Below, piece by piece: positions 1-14,100 of a stretch of 64,000 bases of DNA. The translations under genes and the position numbers were made by a program. Source of the DNA: Mytilus edulis (Eukaryota); contig NC_092345.1 of assembly GCF_963676685.1 (NCBI RefSeq), positions 86,676,001-86,740,000 on the forward strand, given 5' to 3'. The stretch's first letter is position 1. Each line of letters opens with the position of its first letter. Under the pieces are notes generated by a model. That model was not told where the DNA came from and searched no databases. It saw only the letters and a program-made list of their open reading frames with translations.

Positions 1-149
1 GAAATCATATCGCTAACTGCATGTTTGTTCTTAATTAAATACACTGCATTTTATTTAATTCTGTGTTTTTTGTTTTGATAATCTAGCCACAAGATTACAC
101 TTCATTTTTAAATCATCTTTATAATAGATTTATGTTACCTCATCCAGAT

Positions 150-1549
150 CGATTGAAATTTTTGGCATATAAACAATAACCCTATGCCAGTGGTAGATCA
201 CTCCTTACATATTGATATACAAAAGTGCCAGAAAAACTCGGCAAAATTAACTGTTGATGAAAACATAAAGAAGGCAAGAGTATCATTATACAGCCTAATG
301 GGCGCAGGATTACATGGGAGGAATGGATTAGATCCTGAAACAGCTATAACTCTTCTAAATATATATCTTATGCCTATATATTAACCTAAGGTTTGGAAAT
401 ACTACTTCCGACAGGCAGCATTTTTGACACAATCCACCAATTCCACAAGAAAATTATTAAACAAATACTCTCTTTATCTCAACAAACAGCTGACCCTGCT
501 ATATACATACTAAGTGGAATGCTACCAATTGAAGCTGAAATCCACCTTAAAGCTTTAACACTTTTAAGAAATATCACCAGAGCTAACAAAACATCAGTTG
601 AATGGAGATAAACAGAAAGACAGCTGCAATTAAAAACACATACAAGTAAAAGCTGGTTCATAGAAATAAAGAAAATATGCCTAAAATATGATCTGCCAGA
701 CTGTCAGAACTTCCTAACTTACCCTCTTGGAAAATTCCAATGGAAAAAATTGATTACAAGGAAAATGTATACTTACTAGAGATAAAAGATCAATGAAAAT
801 TCAGAGGGTTATTCAAGCTTGCAACACATCGCATGTGCCTATAAGATCAAAACAATCCATCCAATCCTGACAATAAACACTTCAAACTGCAGGAACATCA
901 ACAGAATACCTATTAGAACAAAAGTGGCAACAGGAAATTACATATTGCAATCAAATAGAGCCAAAATCAACAAATGTGAGGTATCAGCCACCTGCAAAAT
1001 TTGTAATAAAGAAGACGAAACCATTGAACATTTTCTTATATCTTGTATTCATCTGAAACGGACAGAGAAAAGCTTTTAAAAGTGATACGTGAGCAATGTC
1101 TTAGATTGGTAGAACTATTTAACATTAGTTTGGATATAAACTTACTCCATGTGATAATTAACCCATACTATCTTGTGAAATTTGGCTTGCACCAAAACTA
1201 GTGATTTATGTAGCTTTATTAGCTTGCATGTTGAACCTGCATGTAGAACACTTATATATAACCTGCATATGCAAATATACAAGCTCCTAAACAATGGACA
1301 GAAAAACTAAAGAAAGTAAAATTTAGCTAAGTAGTAGTTGTGTGCGGACTGTAAGTTATTATTAATTAAAAGTAAATTTATTCTAAATTCGTTGAATAAG
1401 ACTTGATATGTGATATTGGTGAAGGAATTATTGTGTACAGACTGTATTATAATTCTATTGGTGATTGGATTTATATTGGAGTTATTAATTCGTACTGAAG
1501 GTGTGCCTATATTGGCAAAATATATGAAGATACAGAATACAGAATACAG
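150..1549 (+). mobile_element. 5'-truncated, degraded non-LTR retrotransposon (LINE): ORF2 C-terminal part plus 3' tail
   Basis: Frameshifted, stop-broken ORFs 184-384, 393-611 and 819-1079 read as post-RT LINE ORF2 (YSLMGAGLHGRNGL, TADPAIYILSGMLPIEAEIH, and a CKIC..EDETIEHFLISC zinc finger). The element ends in a (tacagaa)n tandem at about 1530-1549. The 5' boundary is approximate. Confidence 0.85.
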
Positions 1550-2062
1550 TTACCATTTATAAATACAGCTATTTATATCGTGTGACATTAAATACTTGAG
1601 TGTCGTCTTAATTGATATACTACTCAACTTTCTTTAACACTTTTCAATTGTTTCTAAAACAGGATCGTATTACAAATGTTTAAATGAATATATATAAAAA
1701 TCTGAACTTTGAGGAAGTGAGAATTTATTTCGCAGTTCAATGTACATTTTCGATCGTGCACAATTTCTTTGCATACAATTGAATTGAAGCATTGAATTAG
1801 AACAAAGTACAATAATTATAGTTCCAATGAACACGGTGACCACGTGGGATCGAAAGGATGTACCGAAGATCACGTGTAGTTTTGGAATCACACATTCTAT
1901 AAAACTGATTAACTATTCCATCTTCTCATTATATTGTACAGTTTGAAGAATTACATTGAATAGGAATACATGGTGTTGAAAAAACAGTATTATACAATGT
2001 ATTTCTTCAATGATACGTGAATACATTTATTAGAAAAAAACCTATCTTCATATGTACGGACC

Positions 2063-2158
2063 ATGGTTAATATTCTGAACATGTCTAAACTAAGTGTTTT
2101 CCTTTCTATAATTCTATTAGAGAAATCTGCTGCTAGTTGGTGCTCGGCAGACAATAAG
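2063..2158 (+). CDS. GPCR coding exon 1 (signal peptide [32 protein letters not shown])
   Basis: ATG in accATGg context (alternative in-frame ATG at 2081), hydrophobic core, strong AAG|GTGAGT donor in phase 0 matching the exon at 17679. Possible acceptor at 1941. Linkage across the 15.5-kb intron is inferred. Confidence 0.7.
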
Positions 2159-5100
2159 GTGAGTGTTTAAACTTTATATTGTGTCAAATAAAAAATTAGT
2201 TAAAATAAAAATTAAAATATTTTACTTGTTTTAAATATTAACAAACAAAAAAGTTTAGAATCACATATTTTGTAAATCTGAATTACCATTCCATCTTCTG
2301 TACCAGTTTACATAGTTACAGTGTTTACCAGTTTAGAAACAATAAGTCGTATTTCAACTTGTAAAATGCATTTCATGTTCATGTTTTAACCCAAGTTATT
2401 TCATGTTCCATTAACCTCGTATTATGTGCTTAGTTGAAAGTTAGTTCTTCATTTGTTTCTATTTAGTTTGGTTTTGGGACTTTTAAAACTGTCATTGTAT
2501 ATTGTTATATACACATACTCATCACTTTTGCCATTTTTTTTCGATAACAAGTACAGTTATGATTATGCTCGTTTAGTTGTCCTTAATCGAGTAAACAAGG
2601 CCTAAGGACTACGAAACCTTAAAGCAAGCGGTGTTTGATTTACCGTACCATTACACGAGCTCACTTTTTTATTCACCGGTGAAATTAAAACGTCTTTTGC
2701 ATATTTTAGGAACATTCACTCTACTAGTATTTATGATACACTGGCTTTAAATAGTCGTCAGTGCTAACTTGAGATTTAAGGTTAGGAAATCTTGAACTAA
2801 ATCAGTTGATTTTATAACCTTTAGAGTTCGAAACAGGAAGTACACAAAGCTTACTTGTAGTAGAAATACACCGTTAAATGTTCTCCATTAAGACACATTA
2901 CGATTAGTTGCACTTTTTACAAGTTATATAGCTACAGAACAATGATTAATTAAACGATCGAGCGTCGTCATTTAAAGTAAAAATCAATAGAAATTTATAG
3001 AAAAAAACCCGAATTTGTTTTTATTACCTACTCTCAATCAAAATGCAAACTTCTTTGTAATATCAGTGAAATACGAAATTCCCAGGTGTTAAGAAACCTA
3101 AAAGAAATATTAATATGCTTATCCAAATTCCCTAGGACTGCTTTTTTCAGAAACTTTTTTTGTTCCAAATTTGTAACGCGTTAGGCAAAGATCAATGAGA
3201 GAGTAACTAATAAAATACAAAATAACCAATTAGACATAGAGGCCACCAAACGCTCCTGAACAACAGACAAATATGCTACGATACCTTTACCTTGGATATT
3301 TCTGTTGTCTTTATTTATGTCAGTACTGCAATATTGAAAATTACTCTCTAATTCTAGCAACTGCTCCGTCGCTAGCCGTTATTAGTTGTGATGGCATGCT
3401 GGTTGAAAACCGGGCAAGTCAAACAGTATACCAAAACAATGCTCTCGCTAAAAAGGAAAAGTATAACATAACGAAGGACCTTATTGTAGATTAATGGTTT
3501 TGAGGTCCATTATTATTACTAGGCAAATACCCAATTTAATCCAAATACTAGAAACAGCTGTATTAATTGCCCCGTAAAATATGGAAAGAGCTTGTCAATC
3601 AAGGTAATTACCTGAAATATTCATTTTAAATATTTACATTATCCTAATATTTGTTATTTTAGATGTGATACTTCTCTTTTCGAAATATGTAAAACATCTC
3701 AGTCAAGTACATCTAACATGGTTACAACAAATATTTTGTATTTATTTTTGTGGAATGTTGTTAAAAATTATTTGTATCTTTTATTTACTCCTGTCTGAAT
3801 CGATTTCCTTTATATACAAACGAGTGTCATCTTGAAGGAATGTTAGAGCTTTGGATATGCCCCGATCAAGTATTGCAAAATAACGAGTTTTATTAACACA
3901 CATTGTCTGAAGAACATCAGTACTACCTTGTTACATTTAAAAACAATGGAAAGACAATAATGTCTTATTAACTGTTTATGTATTATATGCATTACCATTA
4001 TTCAACCATACACATGTTCGAAGCGCGGTTAACATATTCCTTTTCAAAAATATATATGCTATCCAAAACATCCTGATTTGCACAATTAAAATCATGACGT
4101 TTTTCATAAAAAGAAACTTCTATTTAACCGCCCATTTTATCAATTAAAAGGCCTAAGTTCTGGTACTATGTATGTTGCAGCAGCCCTTGTTTTTTATCGT
4201 GTTTTTTTCTATATCAATTAAATAGATGATAAAATGATTATCTTGGAATTTGTAATTACTCATGTTTTGAGAATTAAAAACTACAACTAATTATTGACGT
4301 AAAAATAATCCTCACCTTATTACAGCAGTTATAGCGCAGACTATTATACAAAATGACTGTAAGTTAAACATTATTTGTGAAATTTCTATTAATGCGAATA
4401 ATGTGAGAAATATAACTCCCATTATTCTGATTTCTTTAACGAAAACCGAAATAATTATATTCGCTATTTTGTTAATTATTCAAAAATCGCAATTTAATAA
4501 ATGCATGCAATAATATCTGTTTAACAGTATTTTAAAATAGAGGCGAAAACAAACTGACAATGCTTTGGCACAAAAAAGACAAACAACTATATACAAAGCA
4601 CAGCATAGACAGCTTAACCCCATTTCTGCACATGAAAAGAAGAAGCACCATGATAAACATAGCGATATGCCGTTGTTTGAAAAGAAAAGTATGTCATGTT
4701 GTACGAAGAGATGTTTGGCCGATCTTATGTAAAGTCCTTACTGGAAATGACGCATAGCCAAGACATGGAAAAAAAGATTTGTGAATCGGGAAATATTTCA
4801 AAGATACTTAGGTTTGATGAAATGTCGTACGACTATGTAGGGCAAGACGGTTGCCAAAAAAAAAACCAACCCAAAAAAAAACACACAAAAAACTCCTTAA
4901 ATAATACTACAAAATCGCACTAATCACCTGAGATAAACAGAAAATACCCCACAATTTATATCTTCAGGTTCATTAAGAGAATATATATCAAACTTCGATT
5001 CCAGGAGGAAAGTTTCCAATGCCCCATGCGTTTCTTTTCAATTGAACTACCTCATTTCAGTTTAAAAATTAAAAAAAATAAAAATGCAAAAGAAAATGCC

Positions 5101-8100
5101 TGTACCAAGTCGGGAACATGACCGTTGTTGCTCATTCGTAAGATGTGTTTGAGGGTTTTAATTTAGCATTTGATTACGAACTTTTCGTTTTGAATTTTTT
5201 TTTGAGTTCTTTATTTTTGTTCTTTTACTTTTTAAATAAAAATCAAACAAGCTTCGACGACCTTGTGTTTGGAGTACAAAACGATCTTTTCTCGGCGATC
5301 AACCAAAAAAGAAAAAAAATACATAAATTTCATTTATAGTAAACAATAAGTAAGATGCGTCTAAAAGTATATATTATGTCCATAGTCATTGAACTTTGTC
5401 CATTCGAGTCATTTAACTTTGCAAATCATATCAAGTTTTTATTTACAGAAATATGCTCCATACTTTATTATACACATTTGTAAAAATAGTTTCAGCAAAA
5501 TTAATTTGTTATGTTCATCATGTTCATAGATTTTAAGCAAGGTTGATAATATGCAATATAATTATTCATCAAACAAAAAAGCATTATTGAGAGTCTAGTC
5601 ATATAAATGTAATATTAGCTAAATATAAAGGTTAGTCTAGTTTACAGTAGAATGTACTATAAATAAATAAAGAAAACAACATACCCGTGTTCAAAGCCAT
5701 AAATCGATTAGGAGAAAACAAAATCAGGTTTAAAAACTAAAATCGAGGGAAACACATCAACTATAAGAGGGAAAAAAAAAAGGAACGACAGTTACAATGA
5801 AATGCAAGAAAATAAACTAATCCTAGATTACTAGTAACATTTTGTATCTGAAACGTGCGGTGCGTCTACCAAAGACTCATAAGTGATGCTCTTATAAATA
5901 ATGTCAACCAGGCCTATTACAGTACGAAGTTGAAAATCATTGAGGTCACATAATTCCGAAAGGTTTTGCCAAATTACAGCTAAAGTAATCTATTCCTTGG
6001 ATAGACAATCCTTAGTAATTCGAAAATTACGTTTTGTGATCTGTTAATTTATAATTATGACCATATCAATGATAATGAAAGCCAACATAGACGTGTACGC
6101 CTTAGGATTTTAAATAGACATACGATATGAGGTTCGTAAATTATATATTGTATATAGTCAAAAACGATTTATGAAAACAGTTGCCGAATCAATTTTTGTG
6201 ATTAAATTAAATATTCAACAGGTTTACAATTTTAGTTTTTTCTTGAAAAGAATACTAAAATAATAGTTTGTAGCAATCTTACGACGTATTACTTTATTCA
6301 TATGAGGTTGACTTCATACAGGAATTTTTAAGAATGAAAAGATGCAAGCCTTAATCTTTCACTTCAATTTCAGCTATAATTCAAAGTTTGGTGACTTTCT
6401 TCACCGCGACTATCAAATCGAACTTGAAAGAAAGGATTCAATATCAAGATAGTGTTAGGTCTGCTTACTATTTGGAATTACATCTTGAAAGAGTTGACAA
6501 TGAGAGTCGGGTTGAGAACAAACTTTACGACACATGCGATGATCCCAGGTTCCAAATTGTGAACTTTCTATTTCTTTATAGCAACATTCTTGCAGGACCT
6601 GATTATGGAGTATATTTCTCCCAGTTGATATGCTGGGGCCAGGTGCTTGCATTTCCTACCAAGGTTTCCTAAAACAAAGTTTTAATGGTGACAAGGATGC
6701 TATTAAACCAAGAGTTCCAAGTTGTGAATTTGTAATCACCACATCGAAAATTTTACTAATGCCATAACGAGTTGGTTGACCGTTATTGAATATCTGTCTC
6801 ACAATTGACGAAGAATATGTTCCAGTGGTCGTCCCACAATCCCGCACTCTTGTCCCCGAATATAACCTACATAATTGAATTTTATTGGTCATCATTTGTA
6901 CTTATATGAGCAAAAGGAAGGGTGCAAATGTGGAGCTAGGTCTGTTTACCGCTCTGGAGCACAAGCTATCGTTCTTAGTTTTTGTTTGGGTTTATGTTGC
7001 TCAGTCTTTGGTTTTTGTATGTTTTGTATTGTATACTGCCGTTTGTATCTTGGTCTTTCGTATTTTGCCATGACGTTGTAATTTTGTATGTAACTTTGAT
7101 ATATTTTGCTCTCTTCTTCAATGTTGAATTCAATTTCGTTTCTTCATTACTCATTCTGTTCCTAGTTATAATTTGGTTTATTTACGTCATTGTTTCAGCC
7201 CATTTTTATGTGAAACAATTAAGTCATTATATAATTAGGTACATGTCAAATTAAGACCTGTTTTTCACTAATTCTTATCGAAATTGTGACTATAAGACTA
7301 AGTTTAAAGTCTTTTTTCTGTAATGGATAAAATTGCAATCAATAATTTAACCTCTTAAAAAAGGCTACAAGAGCTAAGTTACTTTCATTCTGATTGACTC
7401 TATAAAAAGTGAATTAATATTTAGAAAAAATATTGAGATCTTGCTTCCATTGTCTTGAATGTTAAATATATTGTTCTAGCAGTTGAGAAAAAAAAGAAAA
7501 AAAGAAAAAAAAAGAAAAAAAATCAATATTTAGATACTTTTTTTTTTATTCAGGACGGAAATGAGGAGAACAGCTCTTCACAAAAATTGTATATTAATTA
7601 AAAATAAATATTAGTGTAAATAGTTTCACCTTCACCTGTTCTGACAGAAATTGTAGATATAAAAAAGTATGACACATATAAATATATATTTGATAACTTA
7701 TCATAATCGTATCAACGGATGGGCGTAATAGATTTTCACTTAATTTTAATATTTATGAATACAGTTTGAGATATTTTAACTGATATGTGCACTTTGTGAG
7801 TTAACAAGGTTACCAACTGTGCAAGCTATCTTGTTAGCGTATTATTGTTTATGTATATCATACATTGTTAAAATTGCAAACCCTTTTAAAATGTTCATGT
7901 GTCCCTTGTTGCATTTATTTAAGTGATCTATTGTGAAATGTTACGATTTCTCATATCACATATACAAACAATGTTATGTACAAGAAATACGCCTGTCGTT
8001 CTTTTGTGCTTATTTCAGGTTTAAAAAAACTTATTATTTCTCAACCTCAAAAGGAAGATAGCAAAGATTTGTTAAATCGCATAATTATGCGCCTTCTAGC

Positions 8101-11100
8101 AGCCTATATTAATGTTACAATCGAAGATTAGCCTGAAATCGGCGGAACATACGTCGAATGAAAATTATTCGGGTTAAAGATTTGTTTAACGTCAGGTGAA
8201 CTAAAAAGGAAAAATAATGTGTTGGCGATAAGCTAACAATTCAGGTCCCTAGTAAATATTGTGTGCTTGTGCTAAGTTATACATTCCAGTCCTTCGTAAA
8301 TTGTGTGTGTTTGTGCCAAGCTATACATCGCAACTCCTAGTTAATAAGGGAATTTTGCGCTAATCTATAAATCCCAAATATGTTAAAATGACTGCTCTTC
8401 CTAGTGTACCCATAGTTTTACGTTTCATTTCAATTTGGTTTTCGGAGAGATCTTTCAAGTAACAGTTTTATCTCTGGCATGTTTAACCTGAAGGTAACAA
8501 GGTTGGATAAAGGCACTTCATTAAACACACAATTATTCCATATTTTCCTTTGATTTGAGCGCAAATGATTTTGTTTTGTTTAAAAAGGCAAGGCTGGTTA
8601 AAGGGTTTTTATTTACTTTTTTAAAACCTTTCTATTCTTTTATGAATCCCCGTAAATTGATTTCCCTTTTTACATTTCTGAAGTATTAACTATCTTAATA
8701 TACATCCTTTAAACCTTGTATATTATGAAAGCGCGTATATTCGATTGTACAGTAAACACAGAATTAGTTGCTGCATGGTGATATGCTAAATGTTGTAGCA
8801 AAAACCAATGTAATAGATAAGGTAAATAAGATCTCAGCAGTCAGTATGCTTTTTAGATTTCAGTTTTGTTGATACAAAACTTATGTCTTTGTCCAAATTA
8901 CAAATTCGGTAACTAAAAATAACAATCCTCTGACCTGCACACAATTATCACATATTGTTGCACAAACCATAGCAGGTTATAAGGTATAGAGTCTAATTTG
9001 GTCTATTTTTCTTACAAAGTGGACCATGTATAGATAGAGTTCTGTGTAATTTTCTTTCACGACTGGTGAATTGCCGATTCAATGGTTTATTACCTAAAGA
9101 TTAGCTCAAATAAAAAAGAAATTGCTGAATGTAAATTGACTGTCCCTCTGGTATCTTTCGTCCCTCTTTTAGATTAAGGCAATACAGTTATAGTAATCAT
9201 CGTATTATACGCACGAATTGTCAATTAAATGTAAATACAAGATTGAAAAATAATATTTAAAATACCAAATATTGGAATACTGAACTTAAAGGTAAGACGA
9301 AGTCCATAACATTTTAGATAAGACATGTATCTTAATGCGACCATTCATTTAAATTTTACCTAAACATACTTATTGGTAACTTTAAACGAATGTCTATAGT
9401 CCATTTGTATATGACACTACTTGTTTTTATGAACACATATACACTGGGGTAAAGCTGATGACCGTAACTGCATTCACGGTCATCCCAAGATGTCGGATGA
9501 AAAATTAGGTCAGTTTCTGTATTGTCTGTTAAAGTGTTTCTATATCATTTTTTTCACAAATCATACATTGAAACGATGAAAATTTATAAAAGATTCATAC
9601 GGAAATCACTAATTACTACAGAGAAATGTGCATGAAACAGGAATTTCGATTTGAAAAAATCGTGAAGATGACCGTAAATCACAATCGAGATGACCGTAAC
9701 AGAAACAGCGATTCATAACAAGGGTGACCGTAATTGGTTTAAAAATGACCGTAATTTGTAAATGATGACCGTGACTTTTAAAGGATGACCCTCAATTCTA
9801 AGAAATATCCGTATTTATATAACTACCTTTTTGTATCAAATGATAAATCGTGTTGGTATAAACATATTAAAATGAGAGTATTATCCTATAGGTAGAAGAA
9901 AATAAGACGTGCTTCAAATGCAAAGTTTACCATATGTATCTTTTTTACGGTAGAGGGTTTAATTTTTAAAATGAATTTGCAAAAAGACATGCAAATAAAC
10001 AGGTAGGGAAAACATGCTACAAAAGCGCGATAAAATGACACCTTACAAGTATAATGAAAAAAATGCGGTGCACAGCCTCCAACTGCACGACAAAAGATTT
10101 TTTTGTTATTTCTGGGATTCCTTTTAATGCATATAATAATAATAAATACACATTTTTAAAAATGCCAATGCATGTACACCCATTGATATTATATCGTCTT
10201 CCATTTTGTCGTGCAAATAAAACCACAGAAAATATTTTGAAAATATCATACGACTAAACTAGTGAAGGTGAGCTCCAGCAAAGTAGATCCTTAAAATAGT
10301 CTTGTACGAATAGCGTATCACAAGGCGGAACGTTGTCAATTTGTATATATACAGAAATGTTATAATATTCATACAGTCAGGATTATACTTCGTCAAAATT
10401 ATCTCCCCATTACGCCAGTTCATGCTCACAATCGTAGAAATGGAAGCCATTGTAGGGATGACGCTCTGCCAATTTTGCTTTTGAAAACTGACAAATTTAT
10501 CCACATAGCACCATTATGATCCTTATATGTCAGTTGTAGTTTAAAAGACAAATGTATCTACTAGCTAATGAGCATCAGTTAATGATCTTGTCTGCATTGA
10601 TTCAACTTAAAAATATTGTCTGATCGGATGTCAGGTGGAATTTTCGAAAATTCTTAAGCATTTTAAAAAAAATTCTAATTAAATATTTCGTGGAAGGGCA
10701 GACTAAATGTTTTCAGTGGTTGGAGATTATAACCCCTAGTTATCACACACAAGAAAATCATATTTTTTCGAAGATATTCATTTTCATCATCCAAATTAAA
10801 AGACTGTCGTCAAGAACTTTTAGAAAAAATAGCTATTCGAACACACCTACTGTTTTTGTGATTCATTAGATAGGTATTTCACTTGACCCATATATTCAAT
10901 TTTCATCTTTTCGTACTGTCATTTTTTTACGTTATAAAGTCAACCTGTAGCTTTGATATATAAAATTGATAGAATCTGAAGCGAGATGCTATATCAAATA
11001 CTCTTGGTTTGTACGTTTTAAAGACAAAATATACACCTCAAACATGCCCTAACATAAAAAGGTGCACTCGATTTTCTCTTTTCGATACAATCGTTACCTA

Positions 11101-14100
11101 TTTTGGGGAATTTTTCTTGATTCACATAATGGAAGGGCAGACACGAAAATTTCTGAACTAAAAGATTGATATGTTCTCCGTCCCTCGTTAAAAAAATTAA
11201 ATAAATCGGAGGTTAAGCATTTTCTACATCCAACTTATAGATACCCATGTCGTCGACTTGATATCTTATTGTTTTGCACTACTATGTAATAGATAAATTG
11301 AAAACTTATGCAAATGGTGTTTTTAAAATAAAACACTTCGTAATTGAGAAGAAAATTGTCGTTGTATTTGTTTCTATTAACTTTTAAAAATGTTGTCACT
11401 ATAGTAAACATTACAGTAAACATTTATCGCCTTCTCTAACAAAGAGCTTCGATTCTTTTGTTCTATTTCAAGTGTGTTTCCGGCTGCATATATCAAGACA
11501 AATTAAGATTATAATCTGCTTGCTCTTGAACCATACACATGGGCTCGATTACCGAATATCCATATGTATTATTAATGTTTTTCATGCTCCATTAATTAGC
11601 ATAATGTTTTTCTGGTCTGTGCGTATGTTCGTCCGTTCGTCTGTTTGTTTGTCCGTTTGTCCAGCTTCAAGTTAAATCAACTTGAAACTTAGTACATATT
11701 TTCCCTATGGTATGATCTTTTTAATTCTAATGCCAAATAACAGTTTTATCCCATTTTCACAGTCCACTTAACATAGAAAATGATAGTGTAGATGAGGCAT
11801 CCGTGTACCAGGAACACATTCATGTTTCTTCAAATTTTCGTCGTATCGCTGTCAATTTGTTTTAAAATTTTAACGTCGTTATCAATAAATATTTCATTGT
11901 TTACGAGAAATATGCAATTTACTATCATTGTCATAAATCCCAAATACGGCCAATTATATTATAGTTTAAAAAAAGAAATTTATGAAACATATTTATATCC
12001 GCCAACCGAGCCCCTATTGAGATCGACAAACTCAACAAAAAGCTTTCAATACAAATACGGATATTTCTTAGAATTGACGGTCATCCTATAAAAGTAATTA
12101 CAGTCAGTCTTTACAAATTACGGTCATCCTTTACAAGTTACGGTCATCTTTTTACCAATCACGGTCATCCTTGTTATATGTTACGGTCATCTTGAAAATA
12201 TTTTGATTATGAATTACGGTCATCTTCCCGATTTTTTCAAATCGAATTTCCCGTTTCATGCACATTTCTCGGAAGTAATTAGTGATTTCCGAGTGATTCT
12301 TTTATTAATTTTCATCGTTTCAATGTATGATTTGTGAAGAAAATGATATAGAAACACTTTAATAGACAATACAGAAACTGACCTAATTTTTCATCCGACA
12401 TCTTGGGATGACCTTGAATGCAGTTACGGTCATCAGCTTTACCCCAGTGATATATCTATAACAAATCAGTGTTTGTTTATGTTGTTTTTTGTTTGGTAAC
12501 TATCTTGAAGAGACCATAAACATACAAATAATCATAATCTATTTTATTATTATCATGATATCAGGATGGGCGTGACTGATTTTCACCTAATTCTGTATGT
12601 ATGAAATACATTGAGAAATACTTGGGCGATACTTTCAATTTTCATGATAATGCAGATATACCTACGGAGAAAGTAATCTTTTATATTTGAACTATTTACG
12701 TTTGCTAATCATGCAAAAATGTCATTTTGTACTCTGAGCGTTTATTTAGATACGAAAATTTATATCTGTAGAGTAAAAGTGAAATTAAAGAATTTTTCAG
12801 GATACTTTTCCGGTTTTCAGATGGTTTTGTAGGAATTTTGTTTCAAATGAGTACACAATAATTCAGTCAGAAAGGATTCACATTAAGTACCAATTTAAAA
12901 ACCAAATATTCGACTACATATCAATCGTTCAAATACAATAGAAATGTTGCTTCTAAAAAAATCCAGTATTCTAATGTTATTGTTTCCAGTTTAGTTCGCT
13001 AGTAAATGAATTTAAGTCTGAAACCATCAGAGGGATTAGATAAAGGCAATAGTAGTATACCGCTGTTCGAAATTCATAAATCGATAGAGAAAAAACAATT
13101 CCGGGTTACAAACTAAAACTGAGGGAAACGCATCAAATATATGAGAACTACGACACAACAGAAATTTGTAACAAACACAGAAACGAACTATAATATAACA
13201 GTGGCCATTTTCCTGACTTGGTACAGGGCATTTTAAGAAAAAAGATGGTAGGTTGAACCTGGTTTTGTGGCATGCCAAACCTCCCGCTTTAATGGCAATG
13301 TTAATTATAATTTTAAAATGACAACATTACATGATAGGACTACAATACAAATAAATTGGAGAAACTATAGGACAGAGAAACAACAAATAATAGCCAACAA
13401 AAGGTACCAGGTTAAAAATTTCTCCGCGTCGCTAGGTAAACTCAACTTGCGACAGTAAAATCTACGTTTTACGAAAGCCAAGCTTAAAATACAATACAGT
13501 TATCTCCTAATTTGACGTCGTGAAAATAGCATTGTAACGTATGTCCTTAAGACTTTGTACTGCTGTAAATTCAGTGTGTTTATACAATGTGTTGCAACCA
13601 ATTCATTATGTTGTAAATACGACCTACACAGTCTGATCATGTATTGAACATATCTAAATTGAATGTAATGCGAGTGGTAAGAACTGTACTGAATTTACTG
13701 CAGTGAGTCAGTCTGAAAATTGAACATATAAAATTACTTGGTAATGTATTGTTTATAGTCTGTTACGAACGGTTCTGATAAAATCACCATTTCAGAATAA
13801 ATTTCGTTTTCTATTTTTTATTGTTAGCTTCAATGTGATTCTTCACAAATTATAATTTTTTTTTTTATAAACAAAAACAAGGATTTTTATCTATAATTTC
13901 TATTTTTGTAGACAAAATCTTGAAATGTAGATGTTCGTCTTCGAGGTGATTGGAGAATTAAAAGTAGTTCTTTAGATATTTGAAATATCGACATCTAATT
14001 GACACTGAAGGTTGAAGATACCTAATGGCAATACAATTTAAACCGTCTTTAACGGTAGAAATGATGACAGTAAGACCTTGAGGAACACATCGACATACCC

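Noticed and set aside
6875-7254. Hydrophobic membrane-protein-like ORFs (also 26273-26491, 31203-31696, 42906-43247, 45631-45834)
   Set aside because: They are T-rich strands of interspersed repeats, with no splice structure or domain.
8019-8195. Possible extra GPCR coding exon (tatttcag| ... cag|gtgaa)
   Set aside because: The phase-0 frame has a TAA just before the donor, and there is no class B motif. It could be non-coding but is unsupported.
9660-9795. GATGACCGTAA array as CRISPR or iterons
   Set aside because: Mirrored at 12075-12230; these are subterminal repeats of the CACTG element.
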